Source of the DNA: Bacillota bacterium
Lineage (GTDB): Bacteria > Bacillota > Clostridia > Oscillospirales > Ruminococcaceae
DNA length: 64,000 bases
Assembly: GCA_023443315.1 (NCBI GenBank)
Contig: JAEZVA010000028.1
Span: 1-64,000 of the forward strand
Reading direction: 5' to 3'
The notes beneath the pieces are model-generated. The model was not told the origin of the DNA, searched no databases, and was given only the letters and a program-made list of their open reading frames with translations. The translations under genes were made by a program, and so were the position numbers. This document shows positions 38,212-47,756 of this stretch, piece after piece; position 1 is the stretch's first letter, and every line of letters starts with the position of its first letter.

Positions 38212-38976
38212 CTACAGTGACGAACCTTGATTGTGTCCGATCGGAAAATACCAGTAAGAATTCATCCCCGAAAGCTGTGTAACAGAGCCTCTGGGCATCT
38301 GCGTTAGCGCATTCTTAACGTTCATAAAATCCCCACAACAGTACAGCAATGAAAAAACAGAAAACGAAAGAAGCCCAGTAGAAAATACCGTTGCCGCCGG
38401 GGGCAAAGCCGTCCACAGCGCTAGTGGAACAACACCGAGCGTGAGCGCCGGCAGAACAGAAAGCCAGATAAACCTTGCCTTTGTTGTGGGATAGGTGGAT
38501 ACACAAAACGCAACCATGTATTTTAGGCTGTACCAAACCTCAACCTCTGCTTTTTGGGGAAACGCAATTGCGTGCAAAAGTTCATGGGGATAAATCATTA
38601 CAAGGGACAATACGATACCCCATATAGAAAACACGTTAATCCCCCCTATCTGGGAGTGTAGTAGAGTTTTCACTAGTAAAGCCAGCGCAAAAAGCACAAT
38701 AGGAACCACAAAGTACGGCAACACGGCTAAATTTAACGCAAGCATCGATTCCGGCTCCCTGAATTTAACCGCATGGGCAGGCAAAACGCCCTTGGGTAGA
38801 TCGTCTAAGCTATTAAACTTACCCTTAAATACAATCTTCAATGTCGCACTCTCCCAAAACGTCTTATCCTGCCAAGATAATATAAAAAAAGCTATCATGC
38901 GAAATGCATCCGCCAAGGGGTAATAATCATTTGTTCCGTACGCATCATTTACTTGAAATACATATATAGCTGGCAC
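38212..38976 (-). CDS. DUF3267-family membrane protein (putative zincin-like metallopeptidase)
   Basis: HELLHA motif within a polytopic membrane protein, typical of DUF3267. The start is unresolved: GTG 38976 lies inside the upstream gene with no RBS, and the next ATG is at 38898. Confidence 0.65.
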   Translation of the reverse strand: MPAIYVFQVNDAYGTNDYYPLADAFRMIAFFILSWQDKTFWESATLKIVFKGKFNSLDDLPKGVLPAHAVKFREPESMLALNLAVLPYFVVPIVLFALALLVKTLLHSQIGGINVFSIWGIVLSLVMIYPHELLHAIAFPQKAEVEVWYSLKYMVAFCVSTYPTTKARFIWLSVLPALTLGVVPLALWTALPPAATVFSTGLLSFSVFSLLYCCGDFMNVKNALTQMPRGSVTQLSGMNSYWYFPIGHNQGSSL

Positions 38977-40067
38977 TTAATCATGCCGTTGTAAAGCTTT
39001 CGGCGTTTATCCGCAGTCCTGCCAAACAGACGCTCGAACTCCTCATGGGGCGAGATCACATAGTAGCTAAGCCCCGGGCGCTTCTCAAACACCTTGCCCA
39101 TCTCGGCGTACAGCCTTTCTGCCTGCTGAATATCAAGCAGACGTTCTCCATACGGAGGGTTGCACAGAACCGTAGCCTTCTCATCGGGAATAGATAAATC
39201 CTTGATATCAGCAACCTTCACCTTGATTCGGTCGGCAACCCCTGCCTTTTTTGCATTGCTCATGGTTAACTCAACCGCTTCCTGTGAGATGTCCGCCCCG
39301 TGCGCCTCAAAAGAAACCGAGCGGTCTATCTGAGCAACCGCATTCTCGCGCTCCTGTCGCCAAACACTCTCGCCAAAACAGTCCCAGCTTTCCGCAGAAA
39401 AACGGCGCGAAAGACCGGGCGCGATGCGCATGGCGCGCAGTGCCGATTCTATTAAAAACGTACCCGAGCCACAAAACGGGTCGTACACGATCGAGTAGCC
39501 TTTAATCCGCGCTACATCCAGTATCCCTGCGGCAAGCGTTTCCTTAATCGGCGCCTCATTGGCGTCCTTGCGGTAGCCCCGCTTATGCAGACCCGCACCC
39601 GAGGTATCGAGCATGACGGTAACCTCATCCTTTAAGATGGAAAACCGAAGCTGGTGCACAGGGCCAGTCTCCTCAAACCAAGACTGGTGGTATGCTTGTT
39701 CAAGCCGCTTAACCGCAGCCTTCTTAATAATCGACTGACAGTCCGGTATAGAATAAAGCTTGGAGTTCAGCGACCAGCCCTTGACGGGAAACGCATCCTT
39801 CTTCCCAATAAATTCTTCGAGTGGCAGTTTTAGAACACCCTGAAACAGTTCCTCAAAGCTAAGCGCACGAAAAGTGCCCAAAACGATGAGCACGCGTTCA
39901 GCCGTACGCAGGGTCAGGTTTGCCCTTACCACGTCCTGTACACTACCTTCAAAAACAACCTTTCCGTTGTGTGCGGCTACATTTTGTCCGCCTATCCGCT
40001 TAATTTCATCGGCGAGTATTCCCTCTATGCCGAACAGGCAGGGGCATGATATCGTGAGCTGGTTCAT
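38949..40067 (-). CDS. THUMP-domain class I SAM-dependent RNA methyltransferase (RlmL/YpsC-like)
   Basis: N-terminal THUMP domain, SAM motif DPFCGSGTFLIE and catalytic NPPYGERL. Confidence 0.88.
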   Translation of the reverse strand: MNQLTISCPCLFGIEGILADEIKRIGGQNVAAHNGKVVFEGSVQDVVRANLTLRTAERVLIVLGTFRALSFEELFQGVLKLPLEEFIGKKDAFPVKGWSLNSKLYSIPDCQSIIKKAAVKRLEQAYHQSWFEETGPVHQLRFSILKDEVTVMLDTSGAGLHKRGYRKDANEAPIKETLAAGILDVARIKGYSIVYDPFCGSGTFLIESALRAMRIAPGLSRRFSAESWDCFGESVWRQERENAVAQIDRSVSFEAHGADISQEAVELTMSNAKKAGVADRIKVKVADIKDLSIPDEKATVLCNPPYGERLLDIQQAERLYAEMGKVFEKRPGLSYYVISPHEEFERLFGRTADKRRKLYNGMIKCQLYMYFK

Positions 40068-40157
40068 AAATGAGATTTCCTTTCATAAAGCAAGATGCAA
40101 CCATCATGATACGTTTTTAATATCTTAACAGAAAACCTAGTGTTCATACGGTTGTCA

Positions 40158-40193
40158 CAACATAAATCATGGAACACCTTGCGGTGTTCCATG
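40158..40193 (-). terminator. Rho-independent terminator after hpf
   Basis: Perfect 11-bp stem CATGGAACACC/GGTGTTCCATG with a 4-nt loop, followed on the minus strand by ATTTATGTT. Confidence 0.75.
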
Positions 40194-40217
40194 AACGCAG
40201 TATTTTTATAAAGCGGA

Positions 40218-40754
40218 CTATTCCGCATTGGGCTCCAGCAGACCGTAGTTTCCATCCTTGCGACGGTAGACCACACCGATTTCGTCGGTTGATTCATTGC
40301 GGAACATAAAGAACTCATGCCCCAGCATATTCATCTGCAAAATGGCTTCGTCTACCGACATGGGGTTAACCACAAAACGTTTGTTGCGAACAATGCGGTA
40401 TTCCGCTTCGCTTGCGTCATAATCGTACAGATAGCTGTCGTCCGCTTTTGTAAACGCATCGCCACGAAGCTTTGCTTCGAGTCTGGTTTTATTCTTAACG
40501 ATTTGATGGAACAACGTATCAGTAACCGAGTCCAAAGAACTCATCAAGTCTGCTGTAGTTTTCTCGCTGCGGTAAATCATGCCGAGCGATTTAATGGTAA
40601 CCTCAACCGTAAAACGGTCGCGTTCCAATGAAGCGGTCACGAGGGCGTCTGCCTCGCTGTCAAAAAAGCGTTCAAACTTCTTAAGCTTTTTCTCCGCCCT
40701 TTCTTTAAACGAGTCGCGGAGGTTGATCCTTCTGCCTCTGATCGTAATATTCAT
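40218..40754 (-). CDS. hpf: Ribosome hibernation-promoting factor (long form)
   Basis: S30AE N-domain (MNITIRGRRINLRDSFKERAEKKLKKFERFF) plus a C-terminal dimerisation domain (KRFVVNPMSVDEAILQMNMLGHEFFMF). Confidence 0.93.
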   Translation of the reverse strand: MNITIRGRRINLRDSFKERAEKKLKKFERFFDSEADALVTASLERDRFTVEVTIKSLGMIYRSEKTTADLMSSLDSVTDTLFHQIVKNKTRLEAKLRGDAFTKADDSYLYDYDASEAEYRIVRNKRFVVNPMSVDEAILQMNMLGHEFFMFRNESTDEIGVVYRRKDGNYGLLEPNAE

Positions 40755-40778
40755 ACAATCATCCCTTTCAACAACCTA

Positions 40779-40807
40779 ATTATACATCATAGCTAAATCA
40801 CATTGAA
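40779..40807 (-). promoter_or_regulatory. Sigma-A-type promoter for hpf
   Basis: Minus strand: TTCAAT (40807-40802), a 17-nt spacer ending in TG, then TATAAT (40784-40779). It lies about 25 nt upstream of the start codon. Confidence 0.55.
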
Positions 40808-40955
40808 TCAGCCATGCTGTTTTTAAATAATATAACTAAACTTCTTGCTTTAATAATACCATAAAAACCCGATGAAGTAAAGTATACCATGTTAATGTTT
40901 TATGTGCGCATTATGTCCAATACCACTCGTTCTATACTAGAACAAGAGACCTGTG

Positions 40956-42110
40956 TCAAACCATTCTTACACCGCCAACAAGCACCATAACAGGCTTTGC
41001 ATAAACTGAAAATGGGTCGGTATCAAACACAACAAGGTCACAATCCTTACCGACCGCAAGCGACCCGACGCGGTTATCCAGTCCACAAATTCGTGCTGCG
41101 TCGATGGTAATGGCACGGAGCGCATCCTCATAGGGCAGCCCATCTCGCACTGCAAGTCCCGCACAAAGCGGCAGGTATTGAATGGGTATCACCGGGTGGT
41201 CGGTACAGATTGCAAGCGGTACACCGTGCTGATGCAGTACGCCAGCAGTCTCGGGGGTAAGGGCCCTCATCTCCGGCTTTGAGCGCTCACAGATGATTGG
41301 ACCCACGATGGCAAGGGCGCCCTCCTGTTTCATTTCCGGTGCAATCATATGCGCTTCCGTACAGTGAAGAATAACGTAATCAAGCTTAAACTCCCGTGCA
41401 ATTCGGATTGCGGTGAAGATATCGTCGGTACGGTGCGCATGAAAATGAGCCTTAATCTTACCCTGGAGAAGTGGCAGCAACGCTTCGCATTTGATGTCAT
41501 ACTCTGGCTCATCATACTCTTCTTCGGTTTCTGCACGATACTTGTCCACCATATACTTGTTCGCTTTGTATAGCTGTTCTCTAATAATCGCCGCAGTTGC
41601 CATACGCGTCTCGGGCGACTGATTCTTGCCGTGATAAATGCCTTTGGGGTTTTCGCCCAACGCAAATTTCATGGCAAGCGGTTCTTTTAAAATGATGTCG
41701 TCAATTCGCCCGCCTGATGTTTTAATTGCGGCAAGCTGCCCGCCGATGGGGTTTGCGCTCCCCGGTCCCGTCACAACCGTTGTAATCCCAGCGCTCACTG
41801 CCTCTTTAAAGCAGTTGTCCCGCGGATTAACGGCATCGATTGCCCTGAGATGCGGTGTTGACGGATCGGTCGCCTCGTTGCCGTCGTCGCCTTCAAACCC
41901 CATGCCGTCCTCCCACATACCCAAGTGGCAGTGCGCGTCGATAAACCCCGGGTATACGGACGCCCCTTGCACATCAATGGCGTCCTGGGGCAGGCGGGCA
42001 AGTTGATCCATTGAGCCAATTTCGGTTATCACACCGTTTTCTGCACGTAGGTATCCGTTTGAAACGACATCCTGCTCCATAGTATATATTTTTGCATTTA
42101 TAATAATCAT
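40956..42110 (-). CDS. Amidohydrolase-superfamily metal-dependent hydrolase
   Basis: PGFIDAHCHLG metal-binding motif, later HFHAH and TDHP motifs, and the C-terminal GKDCDLVVFD typical of the family. Confidence 0.82.
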   Translation of the reverse strand: MIIINAKIYTMEQDVVSNGYLRAENGVITEIGSMDQLARLPQDAIDVQGASVYPGFIDAHCHLGMWEDGMGFEGDDGNEATDPSTPHLRAIDAVNPRDNCFKEAVSAGITTVVTGPGSANPIGGQLAAIKTSGGRIDDIILKEPLAMKFALGENPKGIYHGKNQSPETRMATAAIIREQLYKANKYMVDKYRAETEEEYDEPEYDIKCEALLPLLQGKIKAHFHAHRTDDIFTAIRIAREFKLDYVILHCTEAHMIAPEMKQEGALAIVGPIICERSKPEMRALTPETAGVLHQHGVPLAICTDHPVIPIQYLPLCAGLAVRDGLPYEDALRAITIDAARICGLDNRVGSLAVGKDCDLVVFDTDPFSVYAKPVMVLVGGVRMV

Positions 42111-42272
42111 AATTATGACCTTTCCGTAGTTTTATACTATAGCTAATTAACTTTAATAATGTCAGAATAAAATCGAGCAAAAGCTTGCGTTTATGGCTTT
42201 TACGAGGATTTTTTTGTAGACATTATAAGTTAATTGGGTATATGCTTGCTCATTCCGCGAATGGATTATCAT

Positions 42273-42311
42273 GAAAAGACGTTGGTACGAAGTGTTATCC
42301 TCATACCAACG
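42273..42311 (-). terminator. Rho-independent terminator after the S1-domain gene
   Basis: Minus strand: CGTTGGTATGAGG...CTTCGTACCAACG stem followed by TCTTTTC. Confidence 0.7.
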
Positions 42312-42337
42312 CCAATACATATCAAAAACTGATTGAA

Positions 42338-42781
42338 TCAACTGGACTTTGCACCGCGCTTGCCGCCAGAACCGCGCTTCGATTCTACATTTCGTTTGAT
42401 ATCATACATCTTCTCATCGCTTGACTGCTTAAACTTGCTCATCATGTCCTCAAACGACAGGTTATCGTTTTTACGGGCACCAAACTCAAAGGTATTGCGC
42501 CCGCCACCTCTGGGAGCGGGACGCTGCGGTCTGGGTGCAGGAGGACTTTCAACCGCCTTTTTAATGGAAAGGCTAATCTTACCATCGTCGCCGATATTGA
42601 GAATCTTCACCTTTACCTCTTGTCCCTCAGTCAGGTGCTCTCTAATCTCATTGACATATGTAGAAGAGATCTCGGATATATGCACCATACCCGTCTTTTT
42701 CTCCCCCAAATCAATAAAGGCGCCAAACTTAGTAATGCTGGTTACCTTTCCGGTCAATATACTTCCTACCTCAAGCTGCAT
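42338..42781 (-). CDS. S1-domain RNA-binding protein (YabR-like)
   Basis: GSILTGKVTSITKFGAFIDLG...GMVHISEIS is an S1 OB fold. A basic, low-complexity tail follows. It sits after divIC, as yabR does in Bacillus. Confidence 0.88.
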   Translation of the reverse strand: MQLEVGSILTGKVTSITKFGAFIDLGEKKTGMVHISEISSTYVNEIREHLTEGQEVKVKILNIGDDGKISLSIKKAVESPPAPRPQRPAPRGGGRNTFEFGARKNDNLSFEDMMSKFKQSSDEKMYDIKRNVESKRGSGGKRGAKSS

Positions 42782-42874
42782 ACGAAACGTATTTCCTCCT
42801 TAAATTATCTTGAATAGTCCTTTTTTGTTTCATGGCGTTTTTCGTGTCCTGGCATGGTATGTCCGCTACATAGG

Positions 42875-43174
42875 TCAGTTGCCCGAAATGTCGACATAAA
42901 CTCGTTCTTGAGGGTAAACATACCCCCACCTGCCTCTAGCCATACGCTCCATATAGCCATTGTCATCGGTTGATTCAACCAGCTTGAGTATCTCTTTATT
43001 CTTTAAAGTTTGTTCTACAATCTGCTGATTAAGCAATTCCAGCTCTTGTTCCTTTGCCGACACATTAAGCTGAATCTTAATTGTAGACACAACGGAAAAC
43101 GCACACACCGCAAGAATAACAAGCTTCACGATGGGAGACGTTTTTTTATTCGGATTTATTTTTTTTGTTTTCAT
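42875..43174 (-). CDS. divIC: Septum formation initiator family protein (DivIC/FtsB-like)
   Basis: 99 aa. One TM segment plus a coiled coil (KEQELELLNQQIVEQTLKNKEILKLV). It sits after yabQ. Confidence 0.82.
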   Translation of the reverse strand: MKTKKINPNKKTSPIVKLVILAVCAFSVVSTIKIQLNVSAKEQELELLNQQIVEQTLKNKEILKLVESTDDNGYMERMARGRWGYVYPQERVYVDISGN

Positions 43175-43877
43175 GTCCCAAATGCCCTCTGCTTCCGGTT
43201 TTTTGGGCGTCGTCTTGCGACCTTTTTGTATATATTAAATTATACAATAAAACACGGTTGTGTTTCAAGCGGTAATTCACATTATTTTGAATCTTTTTAT
43301 TGTACGCACGTAGTTTATTTGCAGTTTTCATTGCAATTTTCTTGGTTTTTTCAAAGGCCTGTGTAGCAGGGTATGTAACCTTGCGGTTTAAAAAACGAAG
43401 TACTCTAAAAACAAAGACGGTTATTGCCTTTGATGCCTTCATAATTAACGTGCCAATGGTTAGAAAATAAACTGTCATGCCAATCACGATACCAATCACC
43501 AAGAAGATTCGCAGCTGCCCTGAGTTCACTGTAAGGATAAACACAAACGAGCAGACGGCACATAAAAACCAGTAGATTACATCCTGAAAGAAGACCGCGA
43601 CCGTGCCGGGGCGAGCCATCATGCGATAGATCCGTAGTGGCTCCATAAATAAACCGAGAAAAAAGCCAACGGTCAATGCTTCTAAAAACAGTAGTGTCTG
43701 CTCCGCGACAACAACCTCCACCAGCTTCACACTCCCGTACTTTATACCTAACAAACATCTAAATGAATTCATTTTGAACCGCACGATTTTACGAGCAGCG
43801 TCCGCGTGTGCGGGCGGGTTTGTTGCCGTGTATAGCCAATCAACAAGGCAGGTCAACCTACCGTTGTTGACTACCAT
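43146..43877 (-). CDS. yabQ: Spore cortex biosynthesis protein YabQ (start uncertain)
   Basis: The TM core QTLLFLEALTVGFFLGLFMEPLRIYRMM is typical YabQ, followed by a basic C-terminal tail. It sits after yabP. The true start is probably an internal GTG near VKLVEVVV. Confidence 0.7.
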   Translation of the reverse strand: MVVNNGRLTCLVDWLYTATNPPAHADAARKIVRFKMNSFRCLLGIKYGSVKLVEVVVAEQTLLFLEALTVGFFLGLFMEPLRIYRMMARPGTVAVFFQDVIYWFLCAVCSFVFILTVNSGQLRIFLVIGIVIGMTVYFLTIGTLIMKASKAITVFVFRVLRFLNRKVTYPATQAFEKTKKIAMKTANKLRAYNKKIQNNVNYRLKHNRVLLYNLIYTKRSQDDAQKTGSRGHLGHENKKNKSE

Positions 43878-43904
43878 CTCGCCTGTTCCATGACGGGTAA
43901 ATGT

Positions 43905-44186
43905 TTATTTAAAAAGCTTCTCAAAAAAGCCACGGCGTTTTACATCGTCGTCGGTATAAACCAGTGTATGAATATCTCCGTCAATATTAAGCTCTCCGGT
44001 ATCTACATTCAGTTTGTTAATGTGAAGATTGACCCCTTTCACGGTCAGCTCGCCCATATCGGTAAAAAGCACTACCGATTGTTCGTCGAAGCTGTCAATG
44101 TCGTTTACGCCGGATACCGTAAGTATCCTTCTGCCCTCTAAAATAACATTGTGCGGCATCTTAATAACCTTTTTATCCTCTGCCAT
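43905..44186 (-). CDS. yabP: Sporulation protein YabP
   Basis: HNVILEGRRILTVSGVNDIDSFDEQSVVLFTDMGELTVKG is typical YabP. Start at ATG 44186. Confidence 0.9.
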   Translation of the reverse strand: MAEDKKVIKMPHNVILEGRRILTVSGVNDIDSFDEQSVVLFTDMGELTVKGVNLHINKLNVDTGELNIDGDIHTLVYTDDDVKRRGFFEKLFK

Positions 44187-44335
44187 ACCAACCCATCCTT
44201 TCTCATTATGCGCCCTGCTGTATATACAGCGCTCGGTTGTCGCACACAAAAGCGGCAACACCCGCAAAATACAGGTATCACCCAATGATATGACGATATA
44301 AAAATGATTATGCCACTACAATGCAGGAAAAACGC

Positions 44336-44578
44336 CTATTCCACAACCTCATAGTTTGCGGCGGCATCTTCCTTTTTTGCAAATTCACTCACCTTAACAA
44401 CCCGAATGGTAAGCGGCTTTGCGCCCAATCCAATAGAAATGACATCGCCTTCTTTAACATCGTAAGAAGCTCTGGCGGTCTTGCCGTTAACTGTAACCCT
44501 ACCTGCATCACAAGCTTCGTTTGCAATCGTTCTGCGTTTAATCAGTCTTGTAACCTTTAAATATTTATCCAGTCTCAT
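44336..44578 (-). CDS. S4-domain RNA-binding protein (YabO/Hsp15-like)
   Basis: MRLDKYLKVTRLIKRRTIANEACDAGRVTVNGK is an S4 domain. Confidence 0.9.
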   Translation of the reverse strand: MRLDKYLKVTRLIKRRTIANEACDAGRVTVNGKTARASYDVKEGDVISIGLGAKPLTIRVVKVSEFAKKEDAAANYEVVE

Positions 44579-44633
44579 GGTGTTTGTTCTCCTTTTATGC
44601 GTTGCAATTCAAATCGGTTCATGCCCGCTTTAC

Positions 44634-44669
44634 ACAAAAGCTGCGCATCGCAAAACAACGATACGCAGC
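44634..44669 (-). terminator. Rho-independent terminator after hup
   Basis: Minus strand: GCTGCGTATCG-TTGTTTTG-CGATGCGCAGC (11 bp, 1 G-U) followed by TTTTGTG. Confidence 0.8.
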
Positions 44670-44710
44670 CTTATAAAGCGAGTGGTATTCTTGTATGGAG
44701 CGAAAGAGGG

Positions 44711-44986
44711 TTATTTCGCAACCTGCTCTTTCAACGACTTGCCTGCCTTAAATACGGGAAGCTTAGAAGCGGGGATGACAATCTCCTCTTTGGTTCTGGG
44801 GTTGCGGCCAACTCTCTGGCTGCGGGATTTTACTTCAAAAGAGCCAAAGCCAACTATCTGTACCTTTTCGCCGCTTGCCAGTGTTGCCGCTATGGCCTCA
44901 AACACAGCGTTAACAGCCTTGTCAGCATCCTTTTTAGAGAGCTCTGATTGCTCGGCGACCGCATTGATCAACTCAGTCTTTGTCAT
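44711..44986 (-). CDS. hup: HU-family DNA-binding protein
   Basis: 91 aa. [25 protein letters not shown]...RNPRTKEEI is typical HU. Confidence 0.95.
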   Translation of the reverse strand: MTKTELINAVAEQSELSKKDADKAVNAVFEAIAATLASGEKVQIVGFGSFEVKSRSQRVGRNPRTKEEIVIPASKLPVFKAGKSLKEQVAK

Positions 44987-45016
44987 TCTGTTTCCCTCCG
45001 AAAATTCTTCGTTATT

Positions 45017-45820
45017 TTAGACCTGCCTGTTTTTCTTAGCTTCTTTCCAAAGCTTGTCCAACTCACTGATATCCGCAAGGGTCATATCGACGCTGTTGGT
45101 TTTGGCAAGCTGTTCAACCTGCGAAAACCGATTTATAAACTTGTCGGTTGAAGCAGTAAGCGCCTCCTCCGAATCAAGTGAGAGGAACCTGGATAAATTC
45201 ACACAGGAAAAAATCAAATCACCAAGCTCTTCCTGGCACGCGGCATTGTCGCCATCGGCAACAGCACGCATAAACTCGGAAAGCTCGCTGGTTAAATCCG
45301 CAAGCGCATATCGGATGTCTGGGTAGTCAAACCCGCTTTTTGCGGCCCTTGACTGAACCTTTTGCGCTCGCATCAGCGCAGGCAGTACACGGGGAACGTT
45401 CTCCATATTCTGCGTATGCGATGTCATCCCTTTATGTGAATTCTTAATGTTATCCCAATTGACGAGTACCTCATCGGCGGTTAGGGAATTCTCCTGATCG
45501 GTGAAGATGTGTGGGTGACGCACTATCAGTTTTTTGCAGATACCGTCCGCAACATCATCAAAGTCGAAGTTTCCTAGCTCCTTTTCCATCCGGCAGTGAA
45601 ACACGACCTGCAACAGCACGTCTCCCAGTTCTTCCTTTAACAGGGATATGTCGTTATTGTCAATTGCTTCACAAACCTCGTAGACCTCTTCGATGAAGTT
45701 TTTTCTGATAGTACAATGTGTTTGCTCTCTATCCCATGGGCATCCATCCTCTGAGCGAAGGATATCCATGATATCAAGTAAATCGTTTACCGTGTATTTT
45801 TGCCTAAACTCAAACTCCAC
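45017..45820 (-). CDS. mazG: MazG-family nucleoside triphosphate pyrophosphohydrolase
   Basis: GCPWDREQTHCTIRKNFIEEVYEV, with tandem MazG domains. Start at GTG 45820 with GAGGAG 6 nt upstream. The track start, TTG 45841, has no RBS. Confidence 0.9.
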   Translation of the reverse strand: MEFEFRQKYTVNDLLDIMDILRSEDGCPWDREQTHCTIRKNFIEEVYEVCEAIDNNDISLLKEELGDVLLQVVFHCRMEKELGNFDFDDVADGICKKLIVRHPHIFTDQENSLTADEVLVNWDNIKNSHKGMTSHTQNMENVPRVLPALMRAQKVQSRAAKSGFDYPDIRYALADLTSELSEFMRAVADGDNAACQEELGDLIFSCVNLSRFLSLDSEEALTASTDKFINRFSQVEQLAKTNSVDMTLADISELDKLWKEAKKNRQV

Positions 45821-45860
45821 AATCCGCTCCTCAGTTTCCAATTGTTAAAACATTTATATA

Positions 45861-47615
45861 TTACCCTATAATTCCGCGATTTTCAAGTACTTTAGCGATT
45901 TTTTCTCCTCCCGGCAACATTCTGATATCATCTCCGCTAATTCCGCGTATCAAGAACAGTGCAAACAGGTAAATACAGCCCGCAATTAGGATAGCAAGAA
46001 CGGTACTCAGGCGAGAATCAATGATGCGAGAAAGGAATCCATACGACGCATATGCGCCGCCGGCGCATAAAAGTCCTGCGCAAAGCGGCTTGATGAACAC
46101 ACTGGTAAAACTGGGGACGGTGCGAGTGTTCTTGCATACCGAGATGATACTGGCAACCGCGATAAAGACGTAACACAAAAGCGTACCAACCGGCGCTCCG
46201 AGAATATTGATTTGGGGAATTGCCACAAGTAGATAGTTGACAAGCAGTTTGAGCGCACCGCCAACGGCCATATACTTTACAGGAAGATCCGCTCTACCCA
46301 CTGCCTGCAAAACCGCACCCATAGGGCTTGCAATCGCCACAAAGATAACACTAACACCCATAAGCGCGAGTATTGGTGTAGAGATCGCAACCTCACCCAC
46401 AAGACCGTCCCCAGAAAAGTTATAAAGCAGTGTAAGGATTGGTCCCGCAAGCGCCGACATTCCAAGCCCTGCGGGAACCGCAATCAATGCGGTTACGCGA
46501 AGCGAGGATTCCACATTGCGCTTAAGGTCAGTTTTATCGCTTTTCGCCCACGCGGCAGAAACTGCGGGCAGCGCGCTGATTCCAAATGCAGTGGTTATGG
46601 CGGGAACAAGATGGAAAATGGTAAGCGGCAGCCCTTTATAGGTTCCAAACAAAAAAGACGGCAGGCGATCCAGTGTGATATCCTGCGGCAGCATTCCCGC
46701 GTACATGTTCAGTATTGTTTGGGCATCGCCGGTGACGGCTACGGACAATCGGTTCATGACAGAAGCGAGATCTATGGTTGAGGTTAAGCTGACCACAAGA
46801 GAACCAAGGCAGACCGGCACCCCTATGCGAACAAGCGCTTTTAAAAGCTCTTTCTTAGATTGGGCGGACGGTGAACGCAACAGCTCCTGTTTTGAAATGC
46901 CGTCACCCTGTCTAAAATGCCGAATTAAGAGATAAGCGAGCCCAAACAGGGTGCTTAGCGTAACACCCGCTATTGCCCCAGCCGCAGCGAACGGTAATAC
47001 CGCTGTTTGTGCTGCAGCCACAGAATCCGCGGCTACACCGAATACGCTACCGGTTTTTTCGTAATCTTCAAGACCAATTTTCATAATTATTAAAGAAAGT
47101 CCATACCCCAAAACAAGTTTTGCAAGTGCCTCGGCTACCTGAGATATTGCAGTAGGGTACATATTACGCAGACCTTCGAAGTATCCGCGATACGACGACA
47201 TCAGGCACAAAAACAGTACGGCAGGGGCAATTGCCATAATCGGAATAACGCCTGAGGGGTTGCCGACAAGGTCGGCAAAAGGGCGTGCAAAAAAGAAGGT
47301 AATGAGAAACCCGACGGTGCCAGTAATGCAAAACAGCAATAACGAAAGCCGACGGATCCGTCTAACATCACGAAATCTGCCGCGCGCAGCATTTTCGGAT
47401 ACCAGCTTGGATACTGCAACGGGCAACCCCGCAATCGCGATGGCAGAAACGGGGTTAAAGATGTCGTATGCGGTATAAAAATGCGCGGAACCTTCAGCCC
47501 CCAGCACCAGTGTTAACGGTATTTTAAAAACTGCGCCAATCACCTTTACAAGGATGGTGGCGGCTGTGAGTATCAGTGCGCCATGTAAAAAGCTCTGTTT
47601 TTGTCTTGCGGGCAA
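45861..47615 (-). CDS. MOP-superfamily flippase (SpoVB/YabM/MurJ-like polysaccharide or lipid II flippase)
   Basis: Polytopic protein. SFLHGALILTAATILVKVIGAVFKIPL is the typical N-terminus. It sits next to mazG, as yabM does in Bacillus. Start tentatively at TTG 47615 (AAGGGCG 8 nt upstream). Confidence 0.8.
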   Translation of the reverse strand: MPARQKQSFLHGALILTAATILVKVIGAVFKIPLTLVLGAEGSAHFYTAYDIFNPVSAIAIAGLPVAVSKLVSENAARGRFRDVRRIRRLSLLLFCITGTVGFLITFFFARPFADLVGNPSGVIPIMAIAPAVLFLCLMSSYRGYFEGLRNMYPTAISQVAEALAKLVLGYGLSLIIMKIGLEDYEKTGSVFGVAADSVAAAQTAVLPFAAAGAIAGVTLSTLFGLAYLLIRHFRQGDGISKQELLRSPSAQSKKELLKALVRIGVPVCLGSLVVSLTSTIDLASVMNRLSVAVTGDAQTILNMYAGMLPQDITLDRLPSFLFGTYKGLPLTIFHLVPAITTAFGISALPAVSAAWAKSDKTDLKRNVESSLRVTALIAVPAGLGMSALAGPILTLLYNFSGDGLVGEVAISTPILALMGVSVIFVAIASPMGAVLQAVGRADLPVKYMAVGGALKLLVNYLLVAIPQINILGAPVGTLLCYVFIAVASIISVCKNTRTVPSFTSVFIKPLCAGLLCAGGAYASYGFLSRIIDSRLSTVLAILIAGCIYLFALFLIRGISGDDIRMLPGGEKIAKVLENRGIIG

Positions 47616-47702
47616 GCATATCACGCCCTTACAGGATGTTTTTATTAAAACTTGGCATTTAAAGCAAATGAAGGGTGTCATTTGGGTTTGAATGCATCAA
47701 AC

Positions 47703-47735
47703 AAGCCTGCAGCATCATTTTGCTTGCAGGTTTTT
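47703..47735 (-). terminator. Hairpin between the small coiled-coil gene and the flippase gene (weak terminator)
   Basis: CCTGCA(A)GC stems with an 8-nt loop. The U-tract on the minus strand is poor (CTTGTTTG). The T-run is actually better on the plus strand. Confidence 0.4.
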
Positions 47736-47756
47736 AGTGATTGCCGTAATAGTAGA

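Noticed and set aside
45017-45820. Whether mazG could be part of a MazEF-type toxin-antitoxin or defence module.
   Set aside because: No mazE/mazF-like small genes are adjacent. The context is the conserved yabM-yabN(mazG)-yabO housekeeping and sporulation block, so this is the ordinary NTP pyrophosphohydrolase.
47703-47735. The hairpin reads as a better terminator on the plus strand (stem followed by TTTTT), which would suggest a plus-strand transcript.
   Set aside because: No plus-strand gene or promoter lies upstream of it. It is most simply a bidirectional or weak terminator closing the relA-operon tail on the minus strand.
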